A DNA stretch of 64,000 bases from Styela clava (taxonomy: Eukaryota), in the NCBI RefSeq assembly GCF_964204865.1, contig NC_135258.1, positions 20,832,001 to 20,896,000 on the forward strand. The letters run 5' to 3'. This document shows, piece by piece, positions 55,107 to 64,000 of the stretch (positions within the stretch are counted from its first letter, which is position 1; each line of letters begins with the position of its first letter). Below the pieces are notes generated by a model. It was not told the origin of the DNA. It made no database searches and worked only from the letters and a program-made list of their open reading frames with translations. The translations under genes were made by a program, and so were the position numbers.

Positions 55107-56867
55107 CAGGGATGGCGAACCTTTTTCAATGAATGGGTCAAAAATTATATTTTTATCGCGGAACAGAAGAGAGTGGGTCACAGATATTTGATCAATGTTT
55201 GTATCTATAAGAAACTTCTGAAACAAATCTTATAGGCTTCTGTTGGTGTTGGCGTAGTTTTGGGCTTTACTTATGCAGCACTTCTATCAGGTACTTTTCA
55301 TGGCACTCGATTTTATGAACTTAAAGTACGAAAACACGCATATGAATTACCAAAAATGTTTAGGATAATGCGGCGGTTTTATTTTTTTACGGTTCCAAAA
55401 AATTTGGAGGGAATTCCACTCTGATGGTGTTATATTTTTCGATCAGCTTTCAACCACATTAGGGCACTTTTACACTGCCCCATTGTTGTTTCAGATTTCT
55501 AGGTTTTTATTTCAAGTCTGAAAGATTTTTTTCTCTTAACGGCATCGTATGCAAGAAACTAATAAGATACAAAGTAGCATCTAGTTCTCGCATAACCCCT
55601 AAAACAGTCTGTAGATGCACTCCCTAAAGCAGCGTTTCCCAACCTTTTTTGGTCGCGGACTATTTTCTCACCGGCGAAAACCTTTGCGGACTCAACGTGC
55701 GTAAATTGCAGACGTACTCTGTGTGAAGAAGTAATAAAACCAAACATAACAGAATTTTAACGAATTTCAAAATTGGAAATTCGCTGCAATTACGCGTTTG
55801 TTAAAAGAGTCGACTTTTTAGCGTATAAATGGCCTTTTCTGTCGCACAATATTCAATCCATGACAACAACGAGAATTTAAAACGTCTTTCGATTTTAATT
55901 TAATTGTGTTCGTAGTCACTCGCGGTTGCGTCGACCTATGACAAAATGAAAGCATTTTTTCCTCAAAATGCCACGGCAAGGTAGCACCCGAATTTGCTAT
56001 GTCTTAAAACGCGTTTTTAATCGACCGCGGGTCATCATAAAACAAAACCTAAGATGTTCTCCGTTCTTCTATTTTTAGTATTTTGTATTGCGCTTCTGAA
56101 GTTAGGTCGCCACCATTGACAACTACAAAGAAAAAAATTATTTCTCGTTGTTCGAGCTCGCGAGAAACACCACTTAGGTATCTATCCACGAGTGTGCCGA
56201 CTCGTGTTTTCGTCGGATATCCGCAAGTGAGTTGTGAAATTCAATCGTTGATTAAGCGACGCGCAAGTGACCTGTTGCGTCACCTGTTACCAAAATTTCG
56301 AATAGTAAATTGCTATTCTAAAAGTTGAATATTCGAATATATGCCCTGCCCTACTCAGTATCCAGTAATTATTGACTCGATTGATGTTATGTGAATAAAC
56401 CTGATTTTTATGTTTTATGTAAATTCTAACGTAACTTGACTGATGGTTAAATTTCACAAAAATGTTGCGGACTCATCTGAGACCGCGGTTTGGGAAACAC
56501 TGTCCTAAAGAGACAAGACGTAGCGACGAATGAACATGTCGGCTGCATTGTTATGTCATAAACGATGTCAGAGTCAATAGCTGAATAACGGTACACAGCG
56601 GTGCAGACATGCGTCCAAGATTAAGGGTTTTGAAAATTATCATACCGACCCGAATAATCACCAATTTGAATATGAGCGATCGCGGCCCTGACTGCTCAAC
56701 TGACGGTACATTATATAATTGATTGTTAGATTAACTTAAGGCCGGTTTTATCAATTTTTATCACTGATATGTTAGCATTTATTTTATTTTATTCGTGCCT
56801 TGGCGGGTCACGAATGAAACGCGGTGGGTCACTTTGTGACCCGCGGGTCAGTGGTTCGCCATCCCTG
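55107..56867. mobile_element. hAT MITE (nested level 2)
   Basis: TIRs CAGGGATGGCGAACC / GGTTCGCCATCCCTG; perfect TSD GTCTAGAA; GGGTCA subterminal repeats. Confidence 0.92.
55630..56502. mobile_element. hAT MITE (nested level 3)
   Basis: TIRs CAGCGTTTCCCAA / TTGGGAAACACTG; TSD CCCTAAAG / TCCTAAAG (7/8). Confidence 0.85.
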
Positions 56868-57229
56868 GTCTAGAAGCTTTCGTCGAACCCCAACATATTG
56901 AAGAATTTAAATCATCATAGTCGAGCATACGCTTGGTTTTTAATGTTATATTGATGAAGAACATACATTATCAAAAGGTATCAACCAAAATGCTCCTAAT
57001 TACAAATTATTTTTTAGAATAAATTTGAAACAACCATCCTCACTTTGGGGTAAACACCCTTTGTTGTGCCACAATAGCGTCATGGGACTGCCAGTTGGAA
57101 AGGAGAAAATGGCCACTTTTGGGATATGGATGCAGAAATGATGCCTTGAAGTGTTCATGGTCCAGGTCACTCACTCCAAAAAGCAGTCAGATGCCGATTG
57201 GATAACAGCTTTGTCCATTGTTTTTGAAA

Positions 57230-57949
57230 CAGTGGTCTGCAAAATCTATCTACTATTGGGACAAATATACAAATTCCCGGTAGCGTGTGGGCCGCCACGT
57301 TAAACTTCAAATTATGGCGCACTCGCGCACTCATATTCCTGTGTTAAAAGTCTGACACATAGAGACGTATAGCCTATGTGGTCGCTTCTTATTTATTTTT
57401 AAACAAAATACGTTGTCTTATGCATTGACTTATGATCAATGTAAAGAATGATGTTGTGATGATCGTAGCGTTAAAATCAACTGGCAACTTTGTTAATGAT
57501 ATTTGCAGTGGCTTGTCTCAAATGACTACTTGACAAGCGAGTATTTGCTATAACACGTTTCGTAATGACGTTCAACTTTGAATTCTTTCATAACTGCGAC
57601 GCTGGCTTGGTATGTCAAGCAAACAGATTTTGAATAATCCTCAACAACGAAATAATTTTCTTCCAAGCGCTTTGGAATTTTCCTTCGTTTCTCAGACATT
57701 TTAATGCCGAATTTTAAAAATCAAAATAAACCAATCTGATAATTACAACTAACGGTATGCAGGCACGTTCGGCAAGTAAACGGCATACAACTGACTCTAC
57801 TTGCTACTAAACAAACGCTGTACAACAGCCACTGTTGCGACATATTGTAGACAACAATATATTTAGGATAAATTTTGTTCAAGCATAAAAAGGGGTGTCG
57901 TTCGAGGGCAATAAATAATTAGTTAGCGGGCCGCAGTTTGCGATCACTA
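57230..57949. mobile_element. hAT MITE (nested level 2, second insertion)
   Basis: Ends CAGTGGTCTGCAAA / TTTGCGATCACTA; TSD TTTTGAAA / TTTTGAAG (7/8); GGGCCGC subterminal motifs. Confidence 0.7.
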
Positions 57950-58979
57950 TTTTGAAGCAATAGGTACAACATGACGCAGCACCACATCAAGGTCGTTCAG
58001 GACGGGTTATAATAATTTTAAGTAAGCTATGTCATGAAATATTCTTTGCTACGAACTATCTACCATTCAGCTGAAAACCCAAAAGGCATGTCATAGAAGT
58101 CTGAAATATTTCTACTATAAGCTACGAGCAAAAAGAATCAAAAAACGAGAATACACAGAAGTACACGAATTGTGTGACCGCCGCGAGGGAACAACAAGAT
58201 ATCGATGAAGTGTACTGGTATTTAGGTAAAACAGTTCAATCAATACAATACAAAGACTTCATGATACGAAGCTGTTTCAGGGAACCTCTATCGTACCCCT
58301 GGAGCAACTCCCCCGAACCCCAGTGGTCGAACCCAGTTTAAGAATACTGCTGTAGAGTCAGAGTTAATTTATTTTTTACTTGAGCAGTCAAAAAGATTCA
58401 ACATTGAAGTTTCTTAATAATATGGAAAGGACAGGAGTTGTGAAGGAAGGATTGCTCCGTTATCAGATCTACAACACCTTTTGAAAAACAAATAAAGCAG
58501 TAACATTACATACCAATAGATTGCATTAATTTTTAGTGGCTCACTGGCACACTCAAGTGGTAACAATATCGAAATTGAGTCCTCCAATAAAACGTTATAT
58601 GGGAAATCGCCAAGGCTTTATCACATGATGGTCAGAAAAAAACCCGAGTTTATTATATACAAAACAAACATCTTCCGAAGGAAGTCAGAAGCGATCACAG
58701 GATTTAGAGTAAGATTTTTAGAATTACATTCGAATTATTTGAAGTTTGTGGAAGAAAATGGTGAATTCTGTTTAACAGTTGTCAGTCAGGACTTGGAGGT
58801 ATTATAACCAGTACTAAAAAAAGTAGAACCGGTAATCTGCCTGCTTAGGGGAAATTTATTTCATTGTCTTACAAAACAGATACTGGTACTTTGATACCAT
58901 ACAAAACCTATATATAGGTGAATACATTACATACTCGTATAACTATTGTTCATTGGTTTATGAGGTGGGCACGATATCA

Positions 58980-59720
58980 GAGTCATAATCCAGATTGCGA
59001 AGGCAGAACCGCAGTAGGGTATGTTATTCCAAACTTTAACCCCGCTATATTCCAAAGGTTGTTGGGTTCGATTGGAAGTAAATCTTTGTTATGATCGTCT
59101 ACTGGCAGATCTAGTGTTATAGCCATGCACTGATGACTGAGTCGCGAAGTAACCATGGAAAGCTCCAGGCAACATATATATCATGTGTGAATTGGTACAT
59201 AAATCTGGCAACCTCGAGTGTGCGTATATCGTCAAATTTGAGAATATTGGATAATTTATATAGTCGGATCAAGTTTGCTGATCGACCAGAATTTATGAAA
59301 ATCGAATTGCTTTGTCTTGCAGGGATTTAATTTTGCGGCTGTGAACCTTCTGGTGAGTTTATCCCACACTGTTATCCCATGTTGAACATATGATTGAAAG
59401 AGATCTTTCCTTTACAAGATGATGGAATCCTACTTTATGGAAGCCTCGGGTTTTGCTCCGGACGCAATATATACATCCATACCTTTTTTTTACATAGCCA
59501 GAATTATATAAGTGCGCTACTGTCATTTTGAGACACAACAGCAGTGTTAGCACACCTTTATGATGGCTTTGAATGTGACTTTCATTTTCAGATTTTTAGC
59601 CATTTTACAGTGGCTCACGAGCAATAAGATGTGTCAATGTGTCATCATCAGCGTATAGTAATTAAATTACAAATAATGCCATCTAAACTTTAAGAATAAT
59701 AAATGACAAAATGAAGAATT
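58980..59720 (-). mobile_element. Decayed non-LTR retrotransposon (CR1/L2-group) ORF2 3' part
   Basis: Minus strand gives LLYADDD (~59660-59640). Across frameshifts it continues LYKLSNILKFDDIRTLEVARFMYQF..LPGAFHGYF..SVHGYNTRS..YSG.KVWNNIP, the typical C-terminus of CR1/L2-group ORF2. Confidence 0.75.
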
Positions 59721-60108
59721 GTACCAGAAATGTGCCGTAGTCGTTATACCTTCACACAATATTTGTAACTGTAATAGATCATCACGTTCAATTGAACTTC
59801 CCCCAAGGCTATCATGCCATGGGATTGATGCTTTCTCGCCCCTAGTGGTGAGATAACTTGCTATGTGGAAATCGCTCCGGCTGAAGCACGCTCATCAAGG
59901 TATAAGTTGATGTAATATTTCACTATTATATTGAGGGTAAAGTAAATTAGTAGTCCGGCAGAATCGGGCCTTAACATTGTTTTGGGACATAAAGTTTTTT
60001 TTATTGTTTAGATATAATGTATAGGGCATATATAATGATACCCAGGTGGGTGTGGAGTATATAATGTTGAGCAATTTTTTTTAAAGTGGATTTAAAGTAT
60101 TTGTCTAA

Positions 60109-60193
60109 AATGACGCACATCCTGAACCCTAACCCGGTAAACATACAATTCTCAGGTTGTGCGCCATCTTGGTACGAATACTTCAGGAGCGCC
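60109..60193. mobile_element. Partial copy of the GG-ended MITE family
   Basis: CCTGAACCCTAACCCGG...CAGGTTGTGCGCCATCTTGGTACGAATACTTCAGGAGCGCC; left TIR lost. Confidence 0.7.
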
Positions 60194-62485
60194 TATTTGT
60201 TAAAAACAATTATTTCATAACTACATGGTTTAGTTTTGCATACATAGTAACATTGAATCTCCTTACAATGTCAGAAATTTAATTTTAGTAGAATAAATGG
60301 TAGTTTATTTCACTGATACAAGCCAAGATCCATCGACAGCATCTAGCCATTTTCTATTGCGCTCTTCAAACTACATTTGCGTTGCCGCGCGCTTTTCGTT
60401 TTCCTAGTTTAAGCTTAGGAACTTCGGAAATATTTTATTAGTTGAATTGGATTGGAATATTTGACCTCGTCTTTCACTCCGAACAAGGCCATGTAAAACC
60501 ATCCATTGGTATCTAAAGATGTGTAAGGTGTTTTCTTTTGGAAGAACCGCAACCTTTCAGTGCTGCATTGACTTTGGCAAAATTATTATATCTTTGTGGA
60601 GATAGAAGGTATGCGTATTCGAAACCGAGATGTGCACCTGTTATGCCAACATAATTGAGGAGTCAAACGTTTTGAATACTAGTACATCACACACTTTTTC
60701 CTGCGTGCTTCGGTTGTACGTAGTAACGCGCACATTTTTGCGCACATGCATCAAATTCCACTTGATTATTGAGCTATAGGTTTTTGACGAGCTTTTGTGT
60801 ATGATTTCATTCTATAGAATTTGTATGTTGTTCTAAAGAATACTAGTTTCAGCTTTTTCATTCATTCAAATCGCGTGTTGAAAGTGGGTTTTGTAATATT
60901 GCGTGTTGGTTTTCAACATCCTTAAATCGGTGATGCCAGTAAATCCATAATACAAAAAGATCAGTAACATCTGCAATAAAAACAGCAGTACCCACTCAAA
61001 TGACAGCTGGGGGATGGATACCCTTAGTATCTGCTCCATCGCGTGCCTTTTACAGTCTTACCAGTTTACATGAGTGCCAATTGGTATCTAAGCTCAGCCA
61101 GATCCAAAAAAGTTTCGGACTGCAGTTGGCGTGACGAAATGTTTTTAAATATATATTCTACAATAAGATTATTTGATTGCATACTACTGAAAGTTCCGCC
61201 TTATATGTCTTTTACCATTGTACTATTCCTTTACTGATATTCGATAATATGACGCTCATCTGACATAGTTCTTAAAGTGTGTAGATGGGTATAATCTTTT
61301 CCAGCTGTTCAGATAGGAATGCGCGAATATATATAAGAATTGCTAATATTGGTTTGCAATGCGATGAAATCTCATCTTGGCATTTCTGCCTCTCGCAATT
61401 GCTGCGTATACTTATCGGAGAAGTTCTGTGGCGTGGTTATCAAATGAAAAAAAAAACATGTGAGTATTTTTTCTAATTGCCCACTACTATCAAACCTTGA
61501 CATTTTGTGAAAACTTTTTTCAATGCAACCTTTTTTTAAAACATCCCCAAGAACCACAATTAATTCTGTTATTAAACTTCCGAAACAAACACATAAAATC
61601 ATCAACAGATGCATATCACCAAGTAGATATTGCTGAATTGATCTTTATTTACCATTTTTCATGTAATTCTTTTTGGTAAACCTGTTATCTATCGTAAATA
61701 CAGCACATTTGACAATGTTGTAGTGTGACTTTTTTGGCTTCAAAATTTTTGATATTTGTGGGTAGAGCTCTTGGGGCTCTGTCAAACAAAGTTACATACA
61801 AAATATTGGTTGTAGATTGCAAAACATGATCATGTTGTCGGAATAACTTGGCATTTTACCACCCGTATATCATTCATTGTTGAGAATAATAATAAAATCA
61901 TAAAATTTAAAAATCCGTTTTCGTGAAATTTTTGTTGTAGCTGAATTCCAGGGACAGCATGGCAACAGGCAAGAGAAGCACGGTCGTCTCTTTTAGTTTA
62001 TGACAGGGTTTCTTAAAAGGGGACCCCGTCCTCCCTGGAGGCCGCTGATCGGTTATCTGAGAGCACGAACAAACAGATGGATTTGCGAATATATAATACC
62101 AATGTATTTTTATAGAAGAGAAGAAGCAAAAGTGTTGAGAGTCTTTGGTAGTTTGAAAAGCATTGGCATGGAACATAAGAATGAACTACATTCTTTCCCA
62201 GGGATATACTATGAAATGTAGCAATTTTCTCATTCTTGTTCTCGTGATATCATTATCTTTCACTGCGTCGTCGTGATCATCCCGCTGCATAACAATTCTC
62301 GCTAACAAATAATTGACTGTTCTCCACCGGGTGTATATCCACTTGAACCACTGGCAACTGCATTAGCAGGCTTGTATTGTTAATTGCAACAACAGAGGGT
62401 ATTTTGAAATAGTACCCTTTTTTTCGCGTATGTTTCGACAGTATTTCCATATGCTGTATATGGGTCGCGACCCAAAGCTGGGCTC

Positions 62486-62790
62486 AACAAATACCTAAAA
62501 GTTATTGATTTTATTTCCTAGTAAATTTGGTGCTTGCGTAGGCGCACAACCTGAACATAGTATTGTAACAGGTTATTGTTCAGGTTGTGCGTCATTATTA
62601 TGCACATGTTTGACGAAAACACTAATACAAATATCTCAATAAATACCTAAAAGTTATTGATTTTATTTCCTAGTAAATATGGTGCTTGCGTAGGCGCACA
62701 ACCTGAACATAGTATTGTAACAGGTTATGGTTCAGGTTGTGCGTCATTATGATGCACAGGTTTGACGACAAACACTAATACAAATATATA
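62486..62790. repeat. Direct tandem duplication, 152-bp unit x2, each containing a hairpin core of the GG-ended MITE
   Basis: AAATACCTAAAAGTTATTG at 62489 and 62641; each unit has GCGCACAACCTGAAC...GTTCAGGTTGTGCG. Confidence 0.9.
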
Positions 62791-63090
62791 TCGATCCGTA
62801 AAAATATTGCTCAAGGCTGCAAACTCCACACCCATGTAGAAATGATGGGCAATGACCCCAAGATGAATAATCACAAATAAAAAAAACTTTATGTCTGAAA
62901 TCAAACTTGGGCCAAAAAGGTCTCTATCTGCCGGACTATAGGCGATAGACTACGACGAACTTGTTAATGAAATGATTATTTTGTCTACCTTTTTTATTAC
63001 TGTGAGTGCGTCCGATTATGCGATCTGTATTTGTGTAAACTTGTCTATGTTTTTATGTAGTTTTATTAGATTACCAATGGTACATTTGCC

Positions 63091-63200
63091 GGCGCTCCCG
63101 AAGTATGCGCACCGAGATGTCGCATAATTTGAACCCTAACCTGGTACACAACCTGAGTTCAGGTTGTGCGCCATCTTGGTGCGCATACTTCAGGAGGTCC
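63091..63200. mobile_element. Short (110 bp) palindromic GG-ended MITE with 8-bp TSD
   Basis: GGCGCTCCCGAAGTATGCGCACC / GGTGCGCATACTTCAGGAGGTCC; perfect TSD CATTTGCC; near-inverted copy of 39733-39842. Confidence 0.9.
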
Positions 63201-63869
63201 CATTTGCCAGTAAACCTGGACCAGCAAAAACGGTATTTATAAAATAAATACAAATATGATTTTAACCTAAATAAAGAATTGAATTGAGCATGTAAAAGTA
63301 TAACACGTCATTATAAAGAAAATTACGGCATATCTAACTGAGCCAGCCCCTCAAAGAAATATAAGAAATGAAGATAACTATTTAGCAAGTGGTAGGCTAC
63401 GTCGTTCGGCGGATGGTACATTTCAAGGTAAATAAAAGACGCTTCAACGGCAGACACGGACAACTTACAGAGAAATTCATATGCAAAAATACCAAATATA
63501 TATAAATACATTCGTCTCGGTTCTGTTGGAGCAACATTGTTCAAACCAGACATCGAATTTATTTCTTTAAATAGCGCTATTCAAACAATATTTTCTAGAA
63601 TCTGAATGGTTGGAATAATTTGCAAAAGCTGGGAGAACGGTGAAACGTTTCCAGCTGGGTTTATTTTGGGCTTGTTTCAAATCACCTTTTTCTGTATCTT
63701 TTGTATTTTTCATTGAAATACCCATTGTGCTGTGAAACTATTGAAAAATGTTGCTTTCTGCAGCTGCTCATGCTACCGGAATAATAATTTTAAAAATAGA
63801 AAACAAAAAATTTTTTGATTCAATTTTTACAATTATGTCGTCGGTTTATCGCCAAGTTAGCCCCTACAC

Positions 63870-64000
63870 CAGGGTGGTCCAAACCCAGGCCCACGGGCCA
63901 CATGTGGCCCGCGTCGAATTTGCTGGAGAGTAATTAAAAATCGCATTTGGTATTGTCTATTCATAAAAATAACCAAAAAAATCCTTGACATATTGTTACA
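63870..64000. mobile_element. Left end of a hAT MITE, truncated by the window edge
   Basis: CAGGGTGGTCCAAAC followed by GGCCC/GGGCC repeats, as in 19526-20076. Confidence 0.6.

Larger units (their letters stand above)
55068..58349. mobile_element. Outer hAT non-autonomous element hosting three nested hAT MITEs
   Basis: Ends CAGTGGTTCTT / AAGAATACTG; flanks CTCTAGAT / CTGTAGAG (6/8); CGAACCC subterminal motifs. Confidence 0.6.

Noticed and set aside
59800-62400. Possible 5' continuation of the LINE (KLKLGKRKARG at ~60400)
   Set aside because: Motifs too degenerate to support by eye.

Overview
AT-rich eukaryotic genomic DNA with GT-AG introns, most consistent with an invertebrate chordate, probably an ascidian tunicate. 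This is an inference from chordate-like NEK4/FoxG proteins, an intron-containing FoxG, ~85-nt minimal introns and an operon-like gene trio. Layout: (1) 1-~16.4 kb: a long, hierarchically duplicated repeat array with no long ORF. On the minus strand it reads as a frameshifted, stop-riddled relic of an apparently intronless multi-immunoglobulin-domain gene (roughly 50 domain-junction motifs) that runs off the left edge. (2) 17.5-31.3 kb: three tightly packed minus-strand genes: NUDT1/MTH1 (single exon), SUPV3L1/SUV3 (single exon) and NEK4 (16 exons, ~829 aa). Only 116 nt separate the SUV3 stop from the NEK4 ATG, making this a candidate SL-trans-spliced operon. (3) 31.6-40 kb: a decayed Buster/Charlie hAT transposase, MITEs and an EF1A fragment. 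(4) 42.5-45.8 kb: FoxG (5 exons, ~638 aa, plus strand). (5) 46-64 kb: gene-poor DNA with nested hAT MITEs, a decayed L2/CR1-type LINE and further copies of a palindromic GG-ended MITE with 8-bp TSDs. All alignments and translations were done by eye; boundaries of degenerate elements are approximate.
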